Origin: a virus
Taxonomy: Duplodnaviria > Caudoviricetes
Virus record (IMG/VR): IMGVR_UViG_3300044724_001621
Span: 1 to 48,475 of that record
Direction: 5' to 3' (one strand)
Length of the DNA: 48,475 bases
Positions 34,959 to 44,687 of this stretch are shown piece after piece. A program made the translations under genes and the position numbers. Position 1 is the first letter of the stretch, and each line of letters begins with the position of its first letter. A model generated the notes under the pieces. It ran no database searches. It worked only from the letters and a program-made list of their open reading frames with translations, and was not told the DNA's origin.

Positions 34959-36618
34959 TAATTACTTAAAGAATGAAGATGGTTCTTTTGTATTAAAAGT
35001 AGATGGTACCCCTAAGAAAAAATCAGGTCGTAAGGTTGGTGTTAAATCTAAAGGATATAACTACCATTCAGAGCAAAAAGCTAAAATAGCTGCTAGAAGA
35101 TCTGTTAAAAAAACTAAAGATAAAATAAATTCTTTAAGTAAAAAATTAAATAATAATAAAAAAGTACTTTCTAAAAAAGAACAAGTATTTAAAAAGTTAG
35201 ATTCTTTAAGTAATAATCAAGTAGTAGAAGATATAGAATTAGAAATACTACCTGATAATGTTAAAAAACATTTAGAAGAAAACAAAGACAATATTGTTTT
35301 TAAAGCTAATGAAGGGCCTCAAGAAGACTTCTTAGCAGCTTCAGAACTTGATGTACTGTACGGTGGAGCAGCAGGTGGTGGTAAGTCTTATGCCATGCTT
35401 GTAGACCCCCTCAGATACGCTCACAGAGCTGCTCATAGGGCGTTAATTATTAGACGGTCTATGCCAGAGCTTCGAGAGCTGATAGATAAGTCAAGGGAGT
35501 TATACCCAAAAGCATTTCCGGGTTGTAAGTACCGGGAAGTAGAAAAGCTTTGGAACTTTCCAAGCGGAGCTAAAATAGAGTTTGGTTTCCTTGAACGTGA
35601 TGCAGATGTATATCGTTATCAAGGTCAAGCATATAGTTGGATAGGTTTTGACGAGATTACTCACCTACCAACAGAGTTTGCTTGGAACTACTTAGCTTCA
35701 CGACTAAGAACAACAGATAGCGAGATAACGCCTTATATGCGTTGTACTGCTAACCCCGGTGGCGTAGGTGCTCACTGGGTTAAAAAAAGATATATAGAAC
35801 CTTCAGAACCTGATACTACTTTTTTAGGTAAAGATGGTTTAACAAGAAAGTTTATACCGGCTCGTTTAGAAGATAATCCATTCTTAGCAACGGATGGAAG
35901 ATACGAGCAAATGCTTAAAGCTTTGCCCCCAACGCAACGTAAGCAGCTATTAGAAGGTAATTGGGACGTAAACGAGGGGGCAGCTTTTACCGAATTTAGT
36001 TTAGAAGAACATGTAATACCACCTTTTGAAATTCCAATACATTGGGATAGGGTTAAAGGTATTGACTATGGCTATGCCAGTGAGTCAGCTTGTATATGGG
36101 CTACTATAGATCCTAGTGACGGTACATTAATTGTTTACCGTGAACTATATCAAAAAGGTCTAACAGGCGAAGATTTAGGTTATAAAATTACAGAACTAGA
36201 GTTACAAGACCCTATGTCTGTACAAGGTGTTTTAGATACCGCAGCTTGGTCTAGAACAGGTACTACAGGCCCTACAGTCGGAGAAACATTAGTACGACAG
36301 GGCCACAAGCTACGCAGAGCAGATAAAAACAGAATACAGGGTAAGATTCAGATTCACGAATACTTGAGGTTGCAGCCAAGCGGACGACCAAGATTACAGA
36401 TTTTCAGTAGCTGTCCTAGCCTGATACGCGAGCTTCAAGGCATTCCTTTAGATAAATCAAACCCTGAAGATGTCGATACTCATGCGCCTGACCACGCATA
36501 TGATGCCTTACGGTATCTTATTATGTCTAGGCCAAGAGTAAACGACCCACTAGCTCAGTTAAGGCATATACGTCTTGAACAAGCTTATACACCTGCAGAT
36601 GCAGATTTTGGATATTAA
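34921..36618 (+). CDS. terL: Terminase large subunit
   Basis: YGGAAGGGKS Walker A, IGFDE Walker B, TANPGG, GIDYG and DHAYDALRY nuclease motifs. Confidence 0.95.
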   Translation: MVDETKDWEIHPDNYLKNEDGSFVLKVDGTPKKKSGRKVGVKSKGYNYHSEQKAKIAARRSVKKTKDKINSLSKKLNNNKKVLSKKEQVFKKLDSLSNNQVVEDIELEILPDNVKKHLEENKDNIVFKANEGPQEDFLAASELDVLYGGAAGGGKSYAMLVDPLRYAHRAAHRALIIRRSMPELRELIDKSRELYPKAFPGCKYREVEKLWNFPSGAKIEFGFLERDADVYRYQGQAYSWIGFDEITHLPTEFAWNYLASRLRTTDSEITPYMRCTANPGGVGAHWVKKRYIEPSEPDTTFLGKDGLTRKFIPARLEDNPFLATDGRYEQMLKALPPTQRKQLLEGNWDVNEGAAFTEFSLEEHVIPPFEIPIHWDRVKGIDYGYASESACIWATIDPSDGTLIVYRELYQKGLTGEDLGYKITELELQDPMSVQGVLDTAAWSRTGTTGPTVGETLVRQGHKLRRADKNRIQGKIQIHEYLRLQPSGRPRLQIFSSCPSLIRELQGIPLDKSNPEDVDTHAPDHAYDALRYLIMSRPRVNDPLAQLRHIRLEQAYTPADADFGY

Positions 36619-36621
36619 TAT

Positions 36622-38796
36622 ATGGCAGAAGAAAATAGCTTAACAGCAAACGAGCTATACTTTGAGCAAGTAGAAGACGAGCAAGGATTACAATTGACTT
36701 TAGAAGAGTCATTGCGTAATAACTTTGTTGGTCTTCTTATGGATCGTTATGAGCAAGCTGAAAGTGCTAGAGACTTAGATGAGGGACGTTGGTTAGATGC
36801 TTACCATAACTACCGTGGTCTTTACGGTAAGAATATTCGTTTTAGAGAATCTGAAAAGTCTAGAGTATTTGTAAAAGTAACTAAAACAAAAGTATTGGCG
36901 GCTTTCGGACAATTAGTAGATGTTATTTTTGGGGCTAATAAGTTTCCTATTGGTATTGCAGAAACTAAAGTACCAGAAGGTATTAGCGAATATGCTCATC
37001 TAGATCCGCAAAACCCTATGCCGGGAATTGAAACTACACAAGAAGAACCACAACAATTTCCAGAAGAAAAAGAGGAAAATCCATTTGACGTTGGTTACGA
37101 AGGTGACGGGCGTGTACTTAAGCCGGGAGCAGCCTACGGGACAGGAAAGTTTGAAGAAACGTCTATTGAAGAAGCAGTTAGCGACCAGCTTACAGACGGC
37201 CCCAGCCCAAACCCACAAGCCCTGCAAGTAAGTCCAGCTAAAGAAGCAGCTAGGCGTTTAGAAAAATTAATACATGATCAAATTGAAGAATCAAATGGAG
37301 CCAGCGAAATACGTAACGCTCTTTTTGAATCTGCCTTATTCGGCACGGGCATAGTAAAAGGGCCGTTTAACTTTAACAAAACACTTAGCAGGTGGGAGGA
37401 AGATGAAGAAGGATTTAGGAGATATTCTCCAATTGATGTGCGCGTTCCTCGTATTGAGTTTGTCAGCTTATGGGATTTCTTTCCTGATCCTAACGCTACA
37501 AACATAAACGAAGCAGAGTACATTTTTCACAGACACAGAATGAACCGTACTAAGTTACGGTCTTTGGCAAAGATGCCATACTTTAGTAAAGATGCAATTC
37601 GTGAAGCTCTAGTAATGGGGCCTAATTACGAAGAAAAAGACTATGAACAAGAACTGAAAGATGACCACCGCTCAGAAGAATCAGGGTCAGGACAGTTTGA
37701 AGTTCTAGAGTATTGGGGAGTTATGGATGCAGAATATGCTCGCCAAGTTGGTATGGATATACCAGATGAAGTAGATGACCTAGATGAAGTACAAGTAAAC
37801 GCTTGGATCTGCAACGGTCAAATGTTAAGAGCAGTAATAAATCCTTTTACGCCTTTCAGGTTGCCTTATCATGCCTTTCCCTATGAGCGTAACCCCTATA
37901 GCTTTTTTGGCATTGGGGTTGCTGAGAATATGGATGATTCTCAAAAGATTATGAATGGTCACGCTCGCATGGCAATAGACAACCTAGCGTTATCTGGATC
38001 AGTAGTCTTTGATGTAGACGAAACTGCTTTAGTAGGTGGTCAAAGTATGGAAATATATCCGGGTAAAGTATTCCGAAGACAAGCAGGAATGCCCGGAACA
38101 GCTATCAACGGCTTAAAGTTTCCTAATACTACACAAGAAAACTTACAAATGTTTGATAAATTTCGTCAGCTTGCAGATGAACAAACAGGTATACCAAGCT
38201 ATTCACACGGTCAAACGGGCGTTCAAAGCATGACGCGAACTGCTTCAGGTATGTCCATGCTACTTGGCGCAGCATCTCTTAATATTAAAACTGTAATTAA
38301 GAATCTTGACGACTTCTTACTTAAACCTATGGGTGAAGCATACTACCAATGGAATATGCAATTTTTAGAGTCTAAGTTAGATGTTAAAGGTGATTTAGAA
38401 GTAAAAGCCACGGGTACAAATAGCTTGATGCAAAAAGAAGTACGTAGCCAAAGATTAACTATGTTCTTACAGACTGCTCAAAATCCTGCTATTGCACCGT
38501 TTATTAAAATGAACAAGCTGATTAGCGAGCTTGCTTACAGCCTTGATCTTGATCCAGATGAATTGATTAATGATCCTGAAGAAGCAGCACTAATGGCTCA
38601 AATTATAGGGATGCAAAATAATGTTGGACAAGCAACTGGCCCGGAAGCTGGCCCCGGTGGTGAACAACCCGGAGGTATGGGAGCCGCTGAAGGAGTACCT
38701 CCAGAAGGCCAAGACCTTGGAACAACAGGTACTGGCGGTGGCAACATCGGAACTGGAGCTGTTCCGCAGTCAGGGGAGACTGAGTTCTCTGGTTAA
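36622..38796 (+). CDS. Portal protein
   Basis: 724 aa after terL; FFPDP, PYSFFGIGV, RTASGMSML motifs. Confidence 0.9.
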   Translation: MAEENSLTANELYFEQVEDEQGLQLTLEESLRNNFVGLLMDRYEQAESARDLDEGRWLDAYHNYRGLYGKNIRFRESEKSRVFVKVTKTKVLAAFGQLVDVIFGANKFPIGIAETKVPEGISEYAHLDPQNPMPGIETTQEEPQQFPEEKEENPFDVGYEGDGRVLKPGAAYGTGKFEETSIEEAVSDQLTDGPSPNPQALQVSPAKEAARRLEKLIHDQIEESNGASEIRNALFESALFGTGIVKGPFNFNKTLSRWEEDEEGFRRYSPIDVRVPRIEFVSLWDFFPDPNATNINEAEYIFHRHRMNRTKLRSLAKMPYFSKDAIREALVMGPNYEEKDYEQELKDDHRSEESGSGQFEVLEYWGVMDAEYARQVGMDIPDEVDDLDEVQVNAWICNGQMLRAVINPFTPFRLPYHAFPYERNPYSFFGIGVAENMDDSQKIMNGHARMAIDNLALSGSVVFDVDETALVGGQSMEIYPGKVFRRQAGMPGTAINGLKFPNTTQENLQMFDKFRQLADEQTGIPSYSHGQTGVQSMTRTASGMSMLLGAASLNIKTVIKNLDDFLLKPMGEAYYQWNMQFLESKLDVKGDLEVKATGTNSLMQKEVRSQRLTMFLQTAQNPAIAPFIKMNKLISELAYSLDLDPDELINDPEEAALMAQIIGMQNNVGQATGPEAGPGGEQPGGMGAAEGVPPEGQDLGTTGTGGGNIGTGAVPQSGETEFSG

Positions 38797-38857
38797 GCTA
38801 GAGCAATTAAAAGAAAGCGTTAAAGCAGAGATGGAGAGAAAAAATGACAATGGCTAA
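38621..38857 (+). CDS. Small helical head-module protein overlapping portal 3' end
   Basis: Amphipathic 78-aa sequence with FRSQG motif; its end overlaps the next gene start. Confidence 0.7.
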   Translation: MLDKQLARKLAPVVNNPEVWEPLKEYLQKAKTLEQQVLAVATSELELFRSQGRLSSLVKLEQLKESVKAEMERKNDNG

Positions 38858-39668
38858 TTTATTAACAGGTAGGCGTAGAGAAGGTAAAGAAGCAGAAGCT
38901 ATTAAAGCAAATGTAATTAATAACTTAGTTACTATACAAGATCCTACAGATGAAAATTATTCAACAGCTTTAGAGTATTTACAAAACGCTAGTCCTACTA
39001 TTGTAATGCCAGCCATTCAACAAACAGTTCCTTCAGAAGATCAAAAAGCTATTAGAAATTTAATAGGCGTTAATCCTAAAAAAATTAGATTAAAAGAAGC
39101 AGAAGGTGGTTCTATGCTAACTCCACCCGAAATGGGTATGGAAGAAGAAATGCCTGTAGATACTTTTACACCAGAAGTACAGGCTAATGCTGAAAAAGAA
39201 CAACTTCCAGATGACCAGATGGAAGAAGACTATATGGGTTATATAATTGATCAGTCTTTAGATACTGGAGAACAAGAATATTTAATGAATGCTCTAGAAG
39301 CAGACTCACAATTAAGCAATATATTTGACAAGATTGTGATGACTGCATCAGAGTTTTCTGGGGCTGGAGAGGTAGAAGGCCCCGGAACAGGTGTATCAGA
39401 CTCAATCCCTGCGCGTTTAAGCGATGGAGAGTTTGTTATGACCGAAGCAGCTACTAGCGAAATCGGAGCAGATAACCTTCAGACAATGATGGATGATGCA
39501 GAACGACGATTTAGTGGTGGTGAGATGCGTTCAACTTACCAAATGGGTGGGCTATTAGGAACACCTCCAGAACAACAGAAAATGCTTGAGGAAGAAGAAG
39601 AAAATCTTATTAATCAAACTATGTTGGGAGCTAACCAAATGCCAAGCCTAATGGGGGGAAGACGATAA
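38844..39668 (+). CDS. Putative internal head protein with GPGTG.SDSIPARLSDGEFV domain
   Basis: GGAG RBS; motif recalled from C-termini of tape-measure proteins; R-x5-GG motifs. Confidence 0.65.
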   Translation: MTMANLLTGRRREGKEAEAIKANVINNLVTIQDPTDENYSTALEYLQNASPTIVMPAIQQTVPSEDQKAIRNLIGVNPKKIRLKEAEGGSMLTPPEMGMEEEMPVDTFTPEVQANAEKEQLPDDQMEEDYMGYIIDQSLDTGEQEYLMNALEADSQLSNIFDKIVMTASEFSGAGEVEGPGTGVSDSIPARLSDGEFVMTEAATSEIGADNLQTMMDDAERRFSGGEMRSTYQMGGLLGTPPEQQKMLEEEEENLINQTMLGANQMPSLMGGRR

Positions 39669-39679
39669 AACAATAGTAC

Positions 39680-39936
39680 GGCTACCTTGTAGTATCAAGC
39701 CCCAGATTTTAAAGACGTTTGAAATTGGCTACCTTGCAAGAAACAAGCCCCGTAGAAAAGGAGAGTACCATGTCCGAACAGGCATACGAAGAGGAAGAAG
39801 TCGCAAATCCATATAATGCACGTAAATCGTGGCACACACAGGAAAGGAAAAAATCTTTAAGTGCTGCAGAAAGCTTGTATTACCCGGAAGACGACGAAGA
39901 ACCTCAACAGCAGAAGGCTACCCGAAGAAAGGCCCC
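39680..39936 (+). repeat. Three GGCTACC-stem-GCCCC motifs (39680-39703, 39727-39751, 39916-39936)
   Basis: Direct sequence comparison. Confidence 0.8.
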
Positions 39937-40627
39937 TTCTACTGAGGATGAACCAAATACTAACTATAAAAAGCGTTACGACGATTTAAAAAAACATTAC
40001 GATCAGAAACTTTCTGAATTTAAAATTAAAGAGCAAGAACTAATGGAACAGGCTAGAGCAGCCGAACCTGCATATCAAGCTCCTAAGTCTCAAGAAGACC
40101 TAGATCGTTTTAGAGAAGAATACCCTGATTTGTATGACACAGTAGAAACTGTAGCTCATATGCGGAGCCAGCATGAAGTAGAAGCATTGCGGTCTAAGCT
40201 TTCTGTTATTGAACAACGAGAAGCAGAGATTGCAGCGCGAGAAGCAGAAGCAGCTCTTAAAGAAAGACATCCTGACTTTGATGACATCAGAGGCGACGAT
40301 AGCTTTCATGAGTGGGCGCAGGAACAACCTGAACAAATACAAGACTGGATTTATAATAATCCTAATAATGTTACTTTGGCCGTTAAAGCGTTAGATCTTT
40401 ATAAGTTAGAAACTGGTAAAGGACAGGGTTCTCGCAAAAGACGTTCAGCTCGTCAGCAGACAGGTTCTGCAGCAGATATGGTATCTACCAAAACAACCAA
40501 TGTAGATGCTAAGGAAGCTAAGATCTGGACAGAAAGTGAAATTGCGAAAATGTCCCTTGATCAATTTGATAGACACGAAGAAGAAATCAAAATTGCTATG
40601 GAAGAGGGAAGAGTTCGTAGAGGATAA
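39770..40627 (+). CDS. Capsid scaffolding protein
   Basis: AAGGAG RBS before MSEQ; YKKRYDDL, HPDF, acidic coiled coil, C-terminal EGRV; directly before capsid. Confidence 0.85.
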   Translation: MSEQAYEEEEVANPYNARKSWHTQERKKSLSAAESLYYPEDDEEPQQQKATRRKAPSTEDEPNTNYKKRYDDLKKHYDQKLSEFKIKEQELMEQARAAEPAYQAPKSQEDLDRFREEYPDLYDTVETVAHMRSQHEVEALRSKLSVIEQREAEIAAREAEAALKERHPDFDDIRGDDSFHEWAQEQPEQIQDWIYNNPNNVTLAVKALDLYKLETGKGQGSRKRRSARQQTGSAADMVSTKTTNVDAKEAKIWTESEIAKMSLDQFDRHEEEIKIAMEEGRVRRG

Positions 40628-40653
40628 TCTTTTCTACTTAGGAGTAATATAAC

Positions 40654-41643
40654 ATGGCTTATAACCAATCAGACGCAACATTTGAACAAGGCACTCCCGG
40701 TAACGGTAACTTTGCTAGTGACGTATCAGGACAAACTAATCAGTTTTTCCTGCCTAAAGTATATTCCAAGCAAGTACTCAACTTCTTTCGGAAGTCGTCA
40801 GTAGCAGAAGCTATTACGAATACCGATTACGCTGGTGAGATTTCTGGCTATGGTGACACTGTACGAATCATCAAAGAACCTGTTATCACTGTTTATCAGT
40901 ATGAGCGTGGTGCAGATGTAACGCAGACTAAATTGACTGACCAAGAAGTTTCTTTGGTAGTTGATACTGCTAACGCATTTAAGTTCATCGTTGATGATAT
41001 TGAAACAAACATGTCGCACGTAAACTTCCGCGATGTAGCAACCTCTTCAGCAGCTTACGCTTTGCGTGATGCTTTTGACGAAGGCGTAATTGCTACTATG
41101 ATCGCTGGTGTTTCTGCTGCAAGCCCGAACCACATCCTTGGTTCTGACAGTGCAACTGACCTTGCTGCTGGCACCTTTGACGGTACTGGTAACTTGGACA
41201 TCGGTTTTGCTTCAGGCGAGCATGACCCTATTGACGTTCTTTCTCACATGGCTCGTCTCCTTGACGAAGCTAATGTTCCTGAAGAAGGTCGTTGGTTCTT
41301 GGCTAATCCTGAGTTCTATGAAGTACTTGTACAAAGTTCTTCTAAGCTCTTGTCAGTTGACTACAACGCTGGTCAGGGTTCCATCCGTAATGGCTTGGTA
41401 AGCTCTGGTAAGCTTCGTGGTTTTGACATGTACAAAACTAACAACATTGCTGCAACTACTAACGCTGCAGGTCAATGTCTTGCTGGTCATATGTCTTCTA
41501 CAGCTACGGCTCAGACGATTACCAGCACTGAAGTAATTCGTGACCCGGATAGCTTTGGTGATATCGTGCGTGGTCTTCACGTATACGGTGCCAAAGTACT
41601 GCGACCAGACGCTCTGGTTTCAGCTTTCTACGGAATCGACTAA
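40654..41643 (+). CDS. Major capsid protein
   Basis: AGGAG RBS; FLPKVYS, GEISGYGDTV.I, FGDIVRGLHVYG motifs; downstream hairpin. Confidence 0.92.
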   Translation: MAYNQSDATFEQGTPGNGNFASDVSGQTNQFFLPKVYSKQVLNFFRKSSVAEAITNTDYAGEISGYGDTVRIIKEPVITVYQYERGADVTQTKLTDQEVSLVVDTANAFKFIVDDIETNMSHVNFRDVATSSAAYALRDAFDEGVIATMIAGVSAASPNHILGSDSATDLAAGTFDGTGNLDIGFASGEHDPIDVLSHMARLLDEANVPEEGRWFLANPEFYEVLVQSSSKLLSVDYNAGQGSIRNGLVSSGKLRGFDMYKTNNIAATTNAAGQCLAGHMSSTATAQTITSTEVIRDPDSFGDIVRGLHVYGAKVLRPDALVSAFYGID

Positions 41644-41650
41644 TAAGAAC

Positions 41651-41677
41651 GGGGGGTGTAAAAGCCCCCCAATCTTT
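41651..41677 (+). terminator. Post-capsid hairpin, leaky terminator or mRNA stabiliser
   Basis: GGGGGG-N8-CCCCCC with only a weak T tract. Confidence 0.6.
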
Positions 41678-41691
41678 ATAAGGATTTAAAG

Positions 41692-41880
41692 ATGCCACAG
41701 ATAGGTAATAATGAAAAGCCAGTAATGTTTAGGAAAGCGATTGTATCTAAGGATAGTCGTTTTCGTAAGGGTTTTGATAAGGATAAGTATCAGGAAAATT
41801 ATGAGCGTATCTTTGGTAATAAAAATGAATTAGAAATAGCTAGAGAAACTTCTAAGACTTTTAGCATGGAGCAAGACTAA
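41692..41880 (+). CDS. Hypothetical protein
   Basis: AAGGA RBS; YQENYERIFG motif. Confidence 0.7.
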   Translation: MPQIGNNEKPVMFRKAIVSKDSRFRKGFDKDKYQENYERIFGNKNELEIARETSKTFSMEQD

Positions 41881-42014
41881 TAAGTCTAAGCAAAACGATT
41901 AAAAAATTAGTAGCTGAAGTAAAGCAAAAAACAAACTACGGTGGTGTTCAAGAGCTGCCCATGTAGGGGATCGGCTACGATGAAAGAATACAATATAATG
42001 AAGGGGGTCAGACT
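41880..42014 (+). pseudogene. Possible decayed 5' extension of the 42015 gene
   Basis: In frame with 42015; ATA where TAATG coupling is expected; single TAG at 41964; retains RIQYNEGG. Confidence 0.45.
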
Positions 42015-42176
42015 ATGTACGGTAAAGATAAAAAGAAAGGTATGATGTACGGCAGTGCCGTACGTAAAGGTAAGATGGGTGGTGGACGTTCTATGTACGG
42101 TAGTGGCGGCTATGCTTCTATTGCTGAAATGGAAAAGAAGTGTGGTAGCAAAACTCAAAAGAATACAATGCAATGA
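42015..42176 (+). CDS. Small G/M/K-rich protein, 53 aa (not in ORF track)
   Basis: MYGKDKKKGMMYGSAVRKGKMGGGRSMYGSGGYASIAEMEKKC...; ATGA overlap with next gene. Confidence 0.7.
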   Translation: MYGKDKKKGMMYGSAVRKGKMGGGRSMYGSGGYASIAEMEKKCGSKTQKNTMQ

Positions 42177-42313
42177 AAGTAGACGCTCCTAAAGGCTATC
42201 ATTGGATGAAAGACGGTAAGTCTTATAAAATAATGAAAGACCCTAAAGACGGTTATAAGCCACACAAAGGATCTAGTAAATCGGTCGATTTTCCAATTAA
42301 AAAGGCACACTAA
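42173..42313 (+). CDS. Small basic protein, 46 aa (not in ORF track)
   Basis: MKVDAPKGYHWMK...YKPHKG; coupled at both ends. Confidence 0.75.
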   Translation: MKVDAPKGYHWMKDGKSYKIMKDPKDGYKPHKGSSKSVDFPIKKAH

Positions 42314-43080
42314 TGGCTACATTTTTAAATTTAGCTAATGAGCTTCTTAGAGAAATGAATGAAGTAGAGCTTACGAGTTCTAGCTTTGCTTCTGCTGTAG
42401 GTATTCAGCAGCACGTAAAAGATTCTATCAACAGAGCTTATTTAGATATTGTAAATGAGGAACCTCAGTGGCCTTTCCTTGCCGTTAATTTAAGCGGTGA
42501 AACTGATCCTATGTACGGAAATGCGTACGTAGAAACAATAGCAGGACAGCGTTGGTATACTTTAAAACCCGCAAGTAGTTCTTTAACCACAGACTATGGC
42601 TATGTAGACTGGGATAATTTTTATTTAACAACAGTAGGCGTAGACGGAGAAACAGCTCCTTATATTGCACGTAACCTACGCTTTACTACTACAGAAGCTT
42701 GGAAGGACTATAGACGTATTCCAGAAAATCTAGACGACGCAGACACACAACAATACGGTGTACCTGATAGGGTTATTAAAAGCCCTGACAACCGTAAGTT
42801 TGGACTAAGTAATATCCCTGATAAAGTTTATCGTATTTGGTTTTATGCTTACTCATTACCTACTGAGCTATCATCTTTTGGAGATGAATTAGTATTTCCT
42901 AATACATATAAACCAGTACTGTTAAATAGAGCTAGGTATTATGTATATCAATTTAAAGAAAACCCACAGTTTTCTTCATTTGCACTTGAAGACTATAAGC
43001 GTGGATTAAGATTAATGAAATTAAATCTTATTAGTCCTAGCCCCGGTGAATTTAAAGATGATCGCATGAGGTTTGTTTAA
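42313..43080 (+). CDS. Head-tail adaptor / tail tubular protein A
   Basis: FLNLANELLREMNEV N-terminus, WPF motif; position after capsid. Confidence 0.75.
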   Translation: MATFLNLANELLREMNEVELTSSSFASAVGIQQHVKDSINRAYLDIVNEEPQWPFLAVNLSGETDPMYGNAYVETIAGQRWYTLKPASSSLTTDYGYVDWDNFYLTTVGVDGETAPYIARNLRFTTTEAWKDYRRIPENLDDADTQQYGVPDRVIKSPDNRKFGLSNIPDKVYRIWFYAYSLPTELSSFGDELVFPNTYKPVLLNRARYYVYQFKENPQFSSFALEDYKRGLRLMKLNLISPSPGEFKDDRMRFV

Positions 43081-44684
43081 TGTCACAACCGTTTGGTCTG
43101 TCAGCTAAAGGTGGTTTATATACCAGTCTTAACCAGCTTGAAATGCTGGGACAGCCCGGTATTGCATCAAAGCTTACAAACTTTGAGGTAGATACTGATG
43201 GAGGTTATCGCCGTATTAATGGTTTTACTCTGTTTGGCGGTAGTTCATCAGTTAGACCTAATGGAGATAATAAAGTATTAGGGATTAGAGGATACGCTGA
43301 CGGTGTAATAGTTTGTTCAGGAACAGGTATATTTTTTAGTCAAGACGGTACTTCGTGGATTTCAATTGCTAAATCAAGTGTACATAGTTCTGGCGATAAT
43401 TATTCTACTTTTACAGGACGTAGCGATTTAGCACGTACTGGACAAGGGCAAATAAGCTTTTCGTTTTTTGAAGGTCTTTCTGATTACGGTGAAATTCTTA
43501 TCTGTGATAATGCAAATAAGCCTTACTTTTTTAGAATGGAAGGTACAGGCGCATTAACTACCCGTACTTTTTTTGCCGGTGAAATAACTGTAGACGGCTC
43601 AGTAACTCCTGCAGTAGGTACGATACACGATAAACATTTTGTAGTTGCTGGAGCAGGTAGTGCTGCTAACACAATATACTATAGTCATACAAACGATCCT
43701 GACAACTTTACAGGCACTGGAGCAGGATCTATTGTACTAGAAGACCAAGCAGTAGGTTTGGCTAGTTTTCGTGATGACTTAATTATTTTTTGTAAAAATA
43801 GTATATTTAAGTTGCTTAACATTAATGATTCTAATAGTATTACAATACAGCCTATAACTAAGAACGTAGGTTGTATGGATGCACAAAGCATTCAAGAAAT
43901 TGCAGGTGATTTGTTATTCTTAAGTCCTGACGGCCTTAGAACTGTTGCTGGTACAGTACGTATTGGTGACGTTGAATTAGGAACTGTTAGTAGACCAATA
44001 CAGCCTACTATTAAATCTATAGCAGCTAATATTGATAACTTAGATATTACAAGTGCTGTTCTTAGAAGTAAATCACAGTACAGATTATTTTATAATACAG
44101 ATGGTACGGCTAATACCGCAGCCAAAGGTATTATAGCTACATTAACTAACGAAGGTTTCCAATACTCAGAAACTTTAGGAATTAAAGCTACTGCTTTAAC
44201 ATCAGATTTAGATGTAGATGGTATTGAGCAAACATGGCACGGAGACACTGACGGTTATATTTATAATCACGATGATGGTTTTTCTTTTGCTTACGGAGGA
44301 ACTGATGCTAATATAACGTCTTCTTATCAAACACCTAATTTAGATTTTGGTGATGTAGGCACTAAAAAAACTATGAGGTATGTAAGAGTTTCTGTAAGCC
44401 CTGAAGGAGGAATACAGCCTACATTACGTGTAAGATATGATTATGAAGATCCTACAATTGCACAGCCTTTAGATTATGTTTTAGATAGTATACCACTACC
44501 TAGTATTTTTGGTACAGGAATATTTGGAGCTAATGTATTTGGAGCTGCTTCAGACCCTTTAATCAGACAATCAGTCCAAGGAAGTGGACATACTGTGAGT
44601 TTTGTTATTACAAGCACAGATCAACTAGCACCTTATACAGTGAATGGTCTTTATATAGACTACACTCCATCAGGAAGGAGATAA
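43080..44684 (+). CDS. Tail nozzle / tail tubular protein B
   Basis: Beta-propeller-like composition; VGC...SIQE..GDL.FLSPDGLR motif; position. Confidence 0.75.
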   Translation: MSQPFGLSAKGGLYTSLNQLEMLGQPGIASKLTNFEVDTDGGYRRINGFTLFGGSSSVRPNGDNKVLGIRGYADGVIVCSGTGIFFSQDGTSWISIAKSSVHSSGDNYSTFTGRSDLARTGQGQISFSFFEGLSDYGEILICDNANKPYFFRMEGTGALTTRTFFAGEITVDGSVTPAVGTIHDKHFVVAGAGSAANTIYYSHTNDPDNFTGTGAGSIVLEDQAVGLASFRDDLIIFCKNSIFKLLNINDSNSITIQPITKNVGCMDAQSIQEIAGDLLFLSPDGLRTVAGTVRIGDVELGTVSRPIQPTIKSIAANIDNLDITSAVLRSKSQYRLFYNTDGTANTAAKGIIATLTNEGFQYSETLGIKATALTSDLDVDGIEQTWHGDTDGYIYNHDDGFSFAYGGTDANITSSYQTPNLDFGDVGTKKTMRYVRVSVSPEGGIQPTLRVRYDYEDPTIAQPLDYVLDSIPLPSIFGTGIFGANVFGAASDPLIRQSVQGSGHTVSFVITSTDQLAPYTVNGLYIDYTPSGRR

Positions 44685-44687
44685 TAG

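Noticed and set aside
41964-41966. Genome-wide TAG reassignment
   Set aside because: TAG cleanly ends several genes (17865, 18264, 19621); no suppressor tRNA seen
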